In this document: positions 38,901-47,118 of the stretch, in pieces
How the letters are laid out: every line of letters begins with the position of its first letter
How positions within the stretch are numbered: position 1 is the stretch's first letter
Assembly (NCBI GenBank): GCA_905236875.1
Contig: CAJOQT010000020.1
Coordinates: 8,981 to 72,980 of the forward strand
From: an uncultured Prevotella sp.
GTDB lineage: Bacteria; Bacteroidota; Bacteroidia; Bacteroidales; Bacteroidaceae
Reading direction: 5' to 3'
Length of the DNA stretch: 64,000 nucleotides
The notes under the pieces: model-generated
The model's input: the letters and a program-made list of their open reading frames with translations, nothing else
What the model was told of the DNA's origin: nothing
The model's database searches: none
Made by a program: the position numbers and the translations under genes

Positions 38901-41516
38901 GTCGATGACACCGCTCTCCACAATCTTATTGCCGGAGATGATATTATAGACAATGTGTACGTCCTGGTCGCTTGAACCTACCTGAACGGTGACAGGTGTT
39001 CCGTCGTTGGGGAATCTTGTCGCACTGACGTAGAACCAGTCCTTAGTCTCTTGACAGGGCTTGGTGTCGTCGAGCGTGAATACGATGAAGTCCTGGGTCA
39101 GCGTATCACCTTCACAGATGGCTTCCAGCTTGTGCTTGCCGCTGTTGAATGAAGCGTTAGGCATGGGGAACTGTGTGTTGGTCTTGGCGGTCTGCCACTC
39201 GCCTTCGTCGAAGCGGAAGCTGACGTTCTTGTTCTCCATGTCGTTGCCGGCGGCATTACGCAGGTGGAAGGTGATGCCCTCTAACTGGTCGAGCAGCACT
39301 TGGTCGCTGAGGTCGCAGGTCAGCACCTGACTACGTGTACCCAACGGAATGCTGGTACTTCCAAAGCGGCTTTCGCCTGCCTGGTCGGTGACGTCGGTCT
39401 CTACCACAAACTGGTAGAACATGGGATGCTTCTCATCGGCTCCGTAGGGAAGCTTCAGCGGCACATCGACGCTGAACTTTCCAGCCTCGTCGGTCGTCGT
39501 CTCGCCCGAACATATCTCGGTGTCTTCGTGACCGTAGCCATAATAGCCCTGATCCCAGTAGCGGCTGTAATTGATCCACCAGTAGGCTGTGCGACGCTTT
39601 ACCTTGTATGTCACCTTGGCACCCTGTATGCCCACGCCGGCGTACGAACGTGCCATGCCCTTTACGGCCAGCGTGTCACCTGCCTTGTACGTCTCGGTAA
39701 TCTCGTCGAACGTCACCTCGTAGGTGGGACGTTTGTATTCTTCCACGCGGAAGTTGACACGGGTGTCGGCTCCCTCGATGCTGAAGCGTCCGTTCAGCTG
39801 TCCTGTGGGCAGGATGAACTCGGCTGCTGCCTTACCATACTTATCTGTGATGACCTCTTTCTCTTCCACCACTTTGCGGTTGGCATCGCGCAGCACCAGT
39901 CTGATAGTCCTGCCCTCTATGCTGCTGGTTTCAATGAACTTGGTGGTCTTGTGCAGCAGGGCTGCCACGTGGACGGTCTGTCCCGGGCGGTAGATGCTAC
40001 GGTCTGTATAGAGCTTGGCCGACTCGTGCGACGAGCTGCTGCCGTAGTATGAGAAGGTGTCGTTACTGAAGGTGGGGTCGTAGCCCTGGTCAGTATCGGT
40101 AAAGGCATATATCTCGCGTGCGTCGCCAAACTTTTCTTCATCGTATAGTGCCTCGCCTTTCGCGTCACAGATCAGCTCCATGCCTTCTGCGACAGACTGT
40201 CTGCTGCGTGCCACCAACAGGTGTGCACCACTGACAGGTTGTCCTGTCGTGCTGTTGACTACTACGAAACGTATCATTCTGTTGGGTAGTCCCTCGCTCA
40301 TCACGAAGAGGTCGCTGACGTAGAGCAGACGGCGTATCACATTTGTTGAGGGCTGTGTCATGAACTCCAGCATGTAGATGCCGTTGGGCAGCGGGCCCAG
40401 CTTCAGCGTATCTTTGAATTCCTCGTAGGGCTGGTAGGTAGAGTAGCTGTGTGTCTGCGTCAGCTCCGGCATGAGCGTCGAGCGCTTCTTCACTTCCAAA
40501 TATTCCTCTGCGTCGTCAGGATCCAGCTCGTCCTTGCCCGTCAGTGTGGTCTTGTAGATGTTGAACGTCAGCTGCTGTACGTTGCGAAGGTTATAGACCT
40601 CGATGTCCTGCTTCTGTCCTGAGGTCATCAGCTCGTCTTCAATCCTCAGTCGGAACTGCGGGTTGGTCATCGTGTTCTCTGCATTGCGCAGGCTGTTCAT
40701 GCGCGGCCATGACGACCATCTGGCCAAGGCCTCGTGGATGTAGTCCAGCCGTTCGCCTTCGCTGGCGTTGGTACGGTTGGTCATATAGTCGTAACGTTCT
40801 AGCGCCAACTCTGCTGATACGTCGAGGTCGCCATACTCGTTGATGAGTGAGTCGAGCTTCATGATATACTCCGACTCCTTCCAGTTGCCGTAGGCGTATG
40901 AACGGCTCTGCTGCATCAGCCACAATGCCGACAGACAGGCACCGGGACGATTGCCCTGACTGACGTACTGCTCGTGCATGGCCTCATAGCTGCCTAAGGT
41001 TCTTCCGATGACGCTCAGCAGGTCATCGCCGAAGTAACGGCTGTCCTTGCCTTTCACCACGTAGGGCTCAAAGACCTTGGCCTTGGTGCGTGCCAGCAGT
41101 GCGGGGTCGGCCAGCGCCATGTCCCTGTACTGTCTGCTGCGTTCTGAAACCGAGTCCAGACGGTACGAGTTGTTGCTGTAAATGTGGTACAATACGGTGG
41201 CATAGACGGCACGCAGACGTCCGTCGCCCGTTGCCTGCAGATCGTTCTCTAATCGCTTGACAGAAGGCAGCAAGGAGTCGGGGGCCACATTATACTGGGC
41301 TTCCATCACCGTCAGCTGGGCCATCAGCAAGTGACCGAACTCGCCGTCCTTCTTGGCGCGTTCCACAATCTTCTGTGCGTTGGTAATCACTTGTTGGGGA
41401 AGATCCTTCTCGTCGGCCTCCTCCACCAGCTTCCACATCTTTTTATAACTTTGTCCGAATAGCATCATAGGTACTGTGGTTAGTAAAATGAATGCAACAA
41501 AAATACTCTTTTTCAT
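35961..41516 (-). CDS. Alpha-2-macroglobulin family protein
   Basis: 1851 aa; YTDRSIYRPGQTV, FRVEEYKRP, RENLNETAFFYP, LPESLTTWRF, QPNMPRFLRRGD, LQNSNGSWSWWPG. Confidence 0.93.
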   Translation of the reverse strand: MKKSIFVAFILLTTVPMMLFGQSYKKMWKLVEEADEKDLPQQVITNAQKIVERAKKDGEFGHLLMAQLTVMEAQYNVAPDSLLPSVKRLENDLQATGDGRLRAVYATVLYHIYSNNSYRLDSVSERSRQYRDMALADPALLARTKAKVFEPYVVKGKDSRYFGDDLLSVIGRTLGSYEAMHEQYVSQGNRPGACLSALWLMQQSRSYAYGNWKESEYIMKLDSLINEYGDLDVSAELALERYDYMTNRTNASEGERLDYIHEALARWSSWPRMNSLRNAENTMTNPQFRLRIEDELMTSGQKQDIEVYNLRNVQQLTFNIYKTTLTGKDELDPDDAEEYLEVKKRSTLMPELTQTHSYSTYQPYEEFKDTLKLGPLPNGIYMLEFMTQPSTNVIRRLLYVSDLFVMSEGLPNRMIRFVVVNSTTGQPVSGAHLLVARSRQSVAEGMELICDAKGEALYDEEKFGDAREIYAFTDTDQGYDPTFSNDTFSYYGSSSSHESAKLYTDRSIYRPGQTVHVAALLHKTTKFIETSSIEGRTIRLVLRDANRKVVEEKEVITDKYGKAAAEFILPTGQLNGRFSIEGADTRVNFRVEEYKRPTYEVTFDEITETYKAGDTLAVKGMARSYAGVGIQGAKVTYKVKRRTAYWWINYSRYWDQGYYGYGHEDTEICSGETTTDEAGKFSVDVPLKLPYGADEKHPMFYQFVVETDVTDQAGESRFGSTSIPLGTRSQVLTCDLSDQVLLDQLEGITFHLRNAAGNDMENKNVSFRFDEGEWQTAKTNTQFPMPNASFNSGKHKLEAICEGDTLTQDFIVFTLDDTKPCQETKDWFYVSATRFPNDGTPVTVQVGSSDQDVHIVYNIISGNKIVESGVIDQSNALWNRKLTYSEEYGNGLLLTFAWVKNNKLYTHQETIERPLPNKKLTVRWETFRDRLTPGQKEEWKLVVLNPDGTPADAQLMATMYDKSLEQIYAHQWSFTPYMITPTPNTSWRGSSWSYIIGSGERSWESLPVNNLKFSHFSSTAYRLTGIYDMDDDEEVVVGYGVRRRAAGGRVEPVLYESVPMHMAEEADMDAQMKVSRANEEAEETPEETEEGASIQMRENLNETAFFYPTLTTDAEGRIAIKFTLPESLTTWRFMGIATTQDMKNGYIEGEAIAQKEVMIQPNMPRFLRRGDQAQLAARVFNTSNHAVSGTSTLKLLDPETNKVLYKQSKPFSLKAGETGTVTFDIDTKLSALNPQLSTLYICQVSASGKNFSDGEQHYLAVLPDQERVTVTVPFTQHEPGTKAINIAQLFPSGTSGQKLTVEYTNNPVWLMVQALPSVGTPYEENAIDQAAWLYSNLIAKTLIAQGGNIKSVFEQWKREVSSDGSLVSNLSKNEELKDILLQETPWVVDADNENEQKLRLADFFDENTINNRVAEATKKLRALQNSNGSWSWWPGMNGSFYMTVSITEMLTRLNVMAGKRQETASMLTKAFEFMGKEIVEEVNEMKKWEKKHGEDYGFPSFKALQYLYICALDGRTLPKDVKAANEYLIKKMKKDIKNQTIYEKALSAIILSKHGETTRSREYAQSLKEYTVFTEEKGRYYDTQRAGYSWYDYKIPTEVMAIEALKVITPEDRQTVEEMQRWLLQEKRTQAWDTPINSVNAVYAFLFDNTRLLDAQEQTKLAIDGKPLDLPGTAGIGYVKTAIEQPKGRELTATKTSTGTSWGAVYAQFMQPVSDIEVSGSGLTVKRELFVSDNGQWTIASGQLKVGDKVKIRITIESERDLDFVQVIDRRAACMEPVRQLSGYRNGAYCSPKDFSTNYYYDMLAKGKHVIETEYYIDREGTYETGTCAVQCAYSPEYRATTKSMVLKVKK

Positions 41517-41572
41517 ATCCTTGTGTTTTTGTTAATATTCAAAGGTCCATGGAAAGGTTCTCACTGGAAAAG

Positions 41573-41644
41573 TACACCCGTTGGGAATCGAACCCAAACC
41601 AACGGAACCGGAATCCGTTATTCTATCCTTTAAACTACGGGTGC
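41573..41644 (-). tRNA. tRNA-Arg(CCG)
   Basis: GCACCCG/CGGGTGT acceptor stem, anticodon arm ACGGA-TTCCGGT-TCCGT, T-arm GGTTCGATTCC; CCA not encoded. Confidence 0.93.
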
Positions 41645-41764
41645 TTATAAGCAGCTATTCAGCTATAGGCTGAACCTAAACAGGTGCGAAGGTACGAATA
41701 ATTGTTGAGAGTTGAGCGATATGGTACAAGAATTAATTTCTTTTAAGCATTTGTAAAGTATTTG

Positions 41765-42568
41765 CTATCCATATTTCTCTACTGCTTCATAATAGGTGTC
41801 TAATGAGCCGATGTCGAACCTTCCAGCACTCATGGGCCATGCATGCATCGTGGTATGCTCCACCATGTAGTGTGCCAGATTGCCTGGGGCATCCTTGCCG
41901 CAGCCGTTCTCCACAGAGTGCCTCACCAGGTCGAGATCTTTCTTCAGGTAGATATAGAACGGCGGCACGGCCCAATGGCTCTTGGGCTGCTGTGGCTTCT
42001 CCTCCATGCCCAGTACCTTGTTGTGTTCGTCGAGTTCCACCACGCCGGTGCGCTGCAGTTTCTCGATGCTTGGCTGCTCGTGGCACATGATGCAACTGGT
42101 CTGCTTCTCCTTGGCGAAATCGACAAACTCCTGGAACGAGAAGAACAGCAAGTTGTCGGCGGCAACGACGAGAAGATCATCTTCGAAGGATTTTTGATTT
42201 ACGGGTTTTCGATTTTCGATTGGGGAGCCATCTTCGAGGGATTCTCGATTTTCGATTGGGGTGAGTCCTTCTATGGCGAGCAGCAGGTCGCGGACGGCTC
42301 CCAGTCGTGTCTCGTTGGTCTCCGTACCATCGTCGATGATGGTGAGCGGCTTCCGGTAATGCTGCTGCTGTGCCCACTCCTCGAAGATAGGCGCAAACTT
42401 ATGGTTAGTCACGATGATGTGCTCGTCGATGTCATCTATCTGGTCGATGTCGTCGAGCATCCTTCCCAGAATGGTGTTCTCACCAATCTTCAGCAACGGC
42501 TTGGGAAAATTCTTCGTCAATTCCCCCAGTCTCGTCGCATATCCTGCTGCAATAACAATATTTTTCAT
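41765..42568 (-). CDS. Sugar-1-phosphate nucleotidyltransferase family protein
   Basis: IAAGYATRL..LT..PKPLL, DDLLVVAADN, EEKP..PKS, FDIG. Confidence 0.9.
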   Translation of the reverse strand: MKNIVIAAGYATRLGELTKNFPKPLLKIGENTILGRMLDDIDQIDDIDEHIIVTNHKFAPIFEEWAQQQHYRKPLTIIDDGTETNETRLGAVRDLLLAIEGLTPIENRESLEDGSPIENRKPVNQKSFEDDLLVVAADNLLFFSFQEFVDFAKEKQTSCIMCHEQPSIEKLQRTGVVELDEHNKVLGMEEKPQQPKSHWAVPPFYIYLKKDLDLVRHSVENGCGKDAPGNLAHYMVEHTTMHAWPMSAGRFDIGSLDTYYEAVEKYG

Positions 42569-42993
42569 ATAAAAGACCCTCCTACATCCTCCCTGTTTAG
42601 GGAGGACTTTTCTGAACCACCCAATAAGGCTTTTAGCTTGTTTATCATATCTACTTCATTAAATAACACTTCTTCATTAGTAAACCTTATTACTCTGTAT
42701 CCCATTTGTTTAAGCCACTCTGTACGGATGTCGTCAGCCAGTTTCTGGTTTTCATTATTGTGATATCCACCATCTATTTCTACTACAACTTTACTTCTTC
42801 TAAAGAGGAAATCAACAATATAGTCGCCTATAACAAATTGCCTGAGACATCTTTCGCCAAGTGTGTTGTTCTTTACCAACAACCAAAAAGCATTCTCTGC
42901 ATCAGTCATTTTTTTACGGTTTTCTTTTGCATTTGCCTTTAGAAGTCTGTATTCTATAGGATCTGCAACCATCCATTGCTTTTTCTTTCCCAT
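42565..42993 (-). CDS. DUF559 / Vsr-like endonuclease-domain protein
   Basis: AKENRKKMTDAE..W, RQ..IGDYIVDF, VVEIDGGYH, D..R..WL...GYRVIRFTNEEV; visibly AT-rich versus neighbours; alternative GTG start at 43014. Confidence 0.9.
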   Translation of the reverse strand: MGKKKQWMVADPIEYRLLKANAKENRKKMTDAENAFWLLVKNNTLGERCLRQFVIGDYIVDFLFRRSKVVVEIDGGYHNNENQKLADDIRTEWLKQMGYRVIRFTNEEVLFNEVDMINKLKALLGGSEKSSLNREDVGGSFI

Positions 42994-43092
42994 AATTTTT
43001 TTTGTTCCTTCCACTACAAAGGGGAGATTTTATTTCAACCAAAGAAGATCCACCATGATCCTCCCCCTAAACAGGGGGAGTTAGAGGGGGTC
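42575..43092. mobile_element. Putative endonuclease-carrying element bounded by inverted palindromic repeats
   Basis: Left gaccctcctacatcctccctgtttagggaggac (42575-42607); right ctccccctaaacagggggagttagagggggtc (43061-43092); degenerate third hairpin at 43008-43026. Confidence 0.7.
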
Positions 43093-44226
43093 TAACCTCG
43101 CCCCATCGTCCGGACGGACCCAGAAGATCTGGAAGGTCTTTTCGTATTCCGGGAACTCCTCGAGGTAACGTTCTGTGAGCTTGGAGGCTATCTCGTCCTT
43201 GTAGGTGGGATCGACCAGTGCGATGCAGGCACCCTTGAAGCCGGCACCGCTGAAGCGGCCGCCCCAGACACCTGGCAGCTCACGCATGATCTCGTAGATA
43301 GCAATCAGCTCGGGTGACCCGCATTCATAGTTATGGATGCTCGACTCGCAGCTGTCGAACGACAACTTACCGAAGAGTTTCAGGTTGCCCGTCTCCCATG
43401 CTGTGACGCCCTGACGCACGCGGCGGTACTCGGAGTAGAAATGCTCTGCCCTGCGGGCAAAGCGTGCTGGCATGGCGATACGTGTCTTCTCGAATGTCGC
43501 CTTCGGGATGTCGCGCAGGAACGTCTTGTCGAAGGTCTTCAACGGCTGGTCGGTATAGGCCAGCATGTTCCAGGCTGCCGTCTTACACTCATACACACGG
43601 AGGTTGTAGTCGGAGTTGACCAGGCTACGCGTCAGACCGCTGAAAAAGATGCCGATCTCGAAGTCGGGCATCTCCTTGTTCCGCTTGATGATACGCCAGT
43701 CGTTGGAGTCACAGTCCAGAAACAGCAGACCGTCACGCTTGCCCAGTGCGATACATGCCTGGTCGAGCAGTCCGTTGTTCAAACCGATGTACTCACGCTC
43801 TGCTTCCGAGGCAATCTGTACCACTTCGAAAGGCTGCAGGGTCACGCCGTTTGCCTTGGCGAAGGCCATGACATAGGCAATGAGTACGGCGGCACTCGAA
43901 CTCAGACCGCCGACGGGCAGTGAACCCTGGATAACGCCTTCAATGCCTTTCGTCAGCTGGAAACGCTTGCGCAGCGCATACTTCGCACCACGGGCATAGT
44001 CGCCCCAGTGGTATTCCTTCACCTGCGAAGGAGCGTCAATCTGGAACGACACGTCGCCCTCAAATGTCCGTGACGACAGGCGGACCAGACTGTCCTCCCT
44101 GACATTAAACCACATGTCAACACCTTTGTCGATGGCAAATCCTGTCACCAGACCGTGCTGGTGATCAACGTGTGCTCCCAATGGACACACACGGTACGGG
44201 GAAAAGATATGATATTTGTATTCCAT
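43081..44226 (-). CDS. GHMP sugar kinase, galactokinase family (galacturonokinase-like)
   Basis: SPYRVCPLGAHVDHQ, GGLSSSAA, GLNNGLLDQ, GGRFSGAGFKG. Confidence 0.88.
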   Translation of the reverse strand: MEYKYHIFSPYRVCPLGAHVDHQHGLVTGFAIDKGVDMWFNVREDSLVRLSSRTFEGDVSFQIDAPSQVKEYHWGDYARGAKYALRKRFQLTKGIEGVIQGSLPVGGLSSSAAVLIAYVMAFAKANGVTLQPFEVVQIASEAEREYIGLNNGLLDQACIALGKRDGLLFLDCDSNDWRIIKRNKEMPDFEIGIFFSGLTRSLVNSDYNLRVYECKTAAWNMLAYTDQPLKTFDKTFLRDIPKATFEKTRIAMPARFARRAEHFYSEYRRVRQGVTAWETGNLKLFGKLSFDSCESSIHNYECGSPELIAIYEIMRELPGVWGGRFSGAGFKGACIALVDPTYKDEIASKLTERYLEEFPEYEKTFQIFWVRPDDGARLDPL

Positions 44227-44272
44227 GTTGCAAAGGTACGAATAATCAAAAAGAAAACCAAAAGAATTACGG

Positions 44273-44360
44273 TTTTACCTTTTTACTTTTTTACTTTTTA
44301 CCTTTTTCCCTGCCGCTTAACCTTTTTTACCTTTTTACTTTTTTGCTTTTTCACCTTTTT
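44273..44360. repeat. TTTTACCT/TTTTACTT octamer array between divergent promoters
   Basis: Roughly 10 units of 8 bp between caaaggta (44231-44238) and TACCTTTG (44364-44371). Confidence 0.85.
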
Positions 44361-44449
44361 TCGTACCTTTGCCCAATCATAAAATCGTAAAACAGTACGA
44401 TTGGCAAATAAATCGTAAATTGAAAATTGTTAAATTATAAATAAAAGAG

Positions 44450-45802
44450 ATGGATATTGTAAAAAGATTCTTGAACTACACCAAGTTCGACACGCAGTCG
44501 TCGGAAGAGAGCGAGAGCGTGCCCAGTACATCGAAACAGCTCATCTTCGCTGACTACCTGAAGAAGGAATTGGAACGCGAAGGTCTTGAAGACGTGGAAC
44601 TCGACGAGAAAGGTTATCTCTACGCCACGCTGCCATCTAACATGAAAGGACAACGGGCGACGGTCAATGGACAACGGAAGGACCCGCCCACCATCGGCTT
44701 TATCTCTCACTACGACACCAGCCCCGATTGTTCGGGTGCCGACATCAAGCCGCAGATAGTCCGCAACTACGATGGCGGTGACATCCTGCTGTCTGAAGGA
44801 CAACGGACAACAGACAACGGACAACGGACAACAGACAACGGACAACAGACAACGGATGAGGGACAACAGACTGTGGTCAGCGGTTCCACCGCTGACAATA
44901 TCATCATGAGTCCCCGGAAGTTCCCCGAACTGCTGCAACACGTCGGTGAGGACCTGATCGTGACCGATGGTCACACCCTGCTGGGTGCTGACGACAAGGC
45001 CGGCATTGCCGAAATCGTACAGGCGATGGTTTGGCTGCAGCAGCACGACGAGGTCAAGCACGGCAAGATACGTGTGGCTTTCAACCCTGACGAGGAAATC
45101 GGCATGGGTGCCCACCACTTCGATGTCGAGAAGTTCGGCTGCGATTGGGCCTACACGATGGACGGCGGCGACGTGGGCGAACTGGAGTTCGAGAACTTCA
45201 ATGCCGCCTCAGCCAAGATTACCATTAAGGGCGTCAGCGTGCATCCAGGCTATGCCAAGGGCAAGATGATCAATGCCAACGCGCTGGCTGCCGAGTTTGC
45301 TTCCATGTTACCCAAGGACGAGACACCCGAGACGACGGAAGGCTATCAGGGCTTCTACCATCTCATCGGCATGCAGACCAACACCGAGCTGGGCAAGCTC
45401 AGCTACATCATCCGCGACCATGACCGCGAGAAGTTCGAGGACCGCAAGCGTTTCATCGGACGTTGTGCCGAACAGATGAACGAGAAATATGGTGAAGGGA
45501 CGGTCATTGCCGATGTCAAGGACCAGTATTATAATATGAAGGAGAAGATTGACCCGCAGATGCACGTCATCGACCTCGTGCTGCGTGCCATGCAGGAGTG
45601 TAATGTTGCTCCGAAGGTACGTCCCATCCGAGGCGGTACCGACGGCGCACAGCTGTCGTTCAAGGGACTGCCCTGTCCGAATATCTTTGCGGGCGGCATC
45701 AACTTCCACGGACCATACGAGTTTGTTCCCATCCAGTCGATGGAGAAGGCCATGCAGGTCATTGTCAAGATCTGCGAGCTGGCCGCAGCATACAATGATT
45801 GA
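44450..45802 (+). CDS. pepT: Peptidase T (tripeptidase, M20B)
   Basis: [51 protein letters not shown]; contains repeat-derived inserts. Confidence 0.96.
   Translation: MDIVKRFLNYTKFDTQSSEESESVPSTSKQLIFADYLKKELEREGLEDVELDEKGYLYATLPSNMKGQRATVNGQRKDPPTIGFISHYDTSPDCSGADIKPQIVRNYDGGDILLSEGQRTTDNGQRTTDNGQQTTDEGQQTVVSGSTADNIIMSPRKFPELLQHVGEDLIVTDGHTLLGADDKAGIAEIVQAMVWLQQHDEVKHGKIRVAFNPDEEIGMGAHHFDVEKFGCDWAYTMDGGDVGELEFENFNAASAKITIKGVSVHPGYAKGKMINANALAAEFASMLPKDETPETTEGYQGFYHLIGMQTNTELGKLSYIIRDHDREKFEDRKRFIGRCAEQMNEKYGEGTVIADVKDQYYNMKEKIDPQMHVIDLVLRAMQECNVAPKVRPIRGGTDGAQLSFKGLPCPNIFAGGINFHGPYEFVPIQSMEKAMQVIVKICELAAAYND
44798..44871 (+). repeat. GGACAAC heptamer array in-frame within pepT
   Basis: About 10 units encoding [25 protein letters not shown]. 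Confidence 0.9.
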
Positions 45803-45817
45803 AGAAAAGATAAGAGT

Positions 45818-46879
45818 GTGAAAACCAGAATTGCTGATAAGTCTTTTTGTAGGGTAAAGGGCGTCTTGCTTATTTACCCTTTCCTCCTTGTTTTGCTTTT
45901 TCCCCTTTTTGCTTTTTCCCCTCTAACGGTAATGGCCCAGAAGCTCACTCAACAGCAGAGGATAGAACGTATGGACAGTGCCCTTTCGGTCCGCTATTAT
46001 AAGATACCTTACGACACGAATTATGTCGTTCGTCCGGAGGGAACGGTAACGCTGAAGGTCAGAATCAACCAGACGGGAAATGATTTCCATGCCAAGGGAA
46101 CGGTGAACGGCATCAACTCAAAGGCTGACCTCAGTACCAGCTATAAGACTACGGTGAGCGTTGGTGCCTCCTATCGCGGCATTTCTGCCAGTCTGTCTGT
46201 CAACCCTGCCAAATGGAAGGGCATGTATAAAGACTATGAGTTCAACCTCAACTATTACAGCAGCCGTATCAGCGTCGATTTCAGCTATCAACGGTCGGAA
46301 TCGCTATCGGGCGACGTCTATCGTGACGATAGACTGTCGCAAATGGAGTCGGGCGACCTCACGCTGAAAATAGTCAACTTTGCCGGCTATTATGCCTTCA
46401 ACCACCGACGCTTCTCCTTTCCTGCCGCCTTCAACCAGAGCTATATCCAGCGACGCTCCGCTGGCTCGTGGTTAGCGGGCATCAGCTATCAGGGAGGCAT
46501 CATCGAGACCAGCGACGAACTGAAAGCCAAAAACCCGAATGCTCCTGAAGTCAGCATCGATGTCGGTCATGTCGGCATTGGCGGAGGTTACGGCTACAAC
46601 TGGGTACTCGGCAAACGATGGCTGCTTCATTTCTCCATGCTTCCCACCTTTGTCGTCTATAACCGCAACTACATGACCGTCAACGATGTGCGTAAGGAGG
46701 CACATCACATGCGCTTCAACATGATTTTCAACGAACGCGCAGCGATTGTCTATCACTTCTCGCCACGCTACTTCGCCGGTGCTAATCTCGTGATGAACAA
46801 TTCCGTTTTCGACGATGACGTTGTTGTGGTCAACCAGAACAAGTGGCGTGCCCGTGCATTCTTCGGGTTGAGGCTATAA
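45818..46879 (+). CDS. DUF4421 family putative outer-membrane beta-barrel protein
   Basis: YDTNYV, YYAFNHRRFSFPAAFNQSYIQRRSAGSW, GGGYGYNWV, terminal GLRL. Confidence 0.82.
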   Translation: MKTRIADKSFCRVKGVLLIYPFLLVLLFPLFAFSPLTVMAQKLTQQQRIERMDSALSVRYYKIPYDTNYVVRPEGTVTLKVRINQTGNDFHAKGTVNGINSKADLSTSYKTTVSVGASYRGISASLSVNPAKWKGMYKDYEFNLNYYSSRISVDFSYQRSESLSGDVYRDDRLSQMESGDLTLKIVNFAGYYAFNHRRFSFPAAFNQSYIQRRSAGSWLAGISYQGGIIETSDELKAKNPNAPEVSIDVGHVGIGGGYGYNWVLGKRWLLHFSMLPTFVVYNRNYMTVNDVRKEAHHMRFNMIFNERAAIVYHFSPRYFAGANLVMNNSVFDDDVVVVNQNKWRARAFFGLRL

Positions 46880-46950
46880 GTCATTGCTTATACTACTCAC
46901 CGTTTCCCTTTCTCCTTGACTCTTTAGAAAAATCATCGGTTTCAGCAAGA

Positions 46951-47075
46951 GGGGTACTTAAGCAGATGCCCGGGGGCACTTAAGCGGATGCCGGAGGGCA
47001 CTTTTGGTATTAGAAAAGGGCAACTCTTGGTGCGCAAAAGTGGCCCCGAAGGACTGCAAAAGCATACCTCTTGGT
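46951..47075. repeat. 22-bp-period degenerate tandem array between convergent genes
   Basis: Units start at 46951, 46973, 46995, 47017, 47039, 47061 (ggggtacttaagcagatgcccg decaying to agcatacctcttgg). Confidence 0.75.
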
Positions 47076-47118
47076 TCAACGATGTTCAGGTAGGGGTGAA
47101 ATTCGTCTGAATTGAGAT

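Noticed and set aside
41517..41764. tRNA-Arg as an island integration site
   Set aside because: No integrase and no duplicated tRNA 3' end seen; flanks are core-type genes
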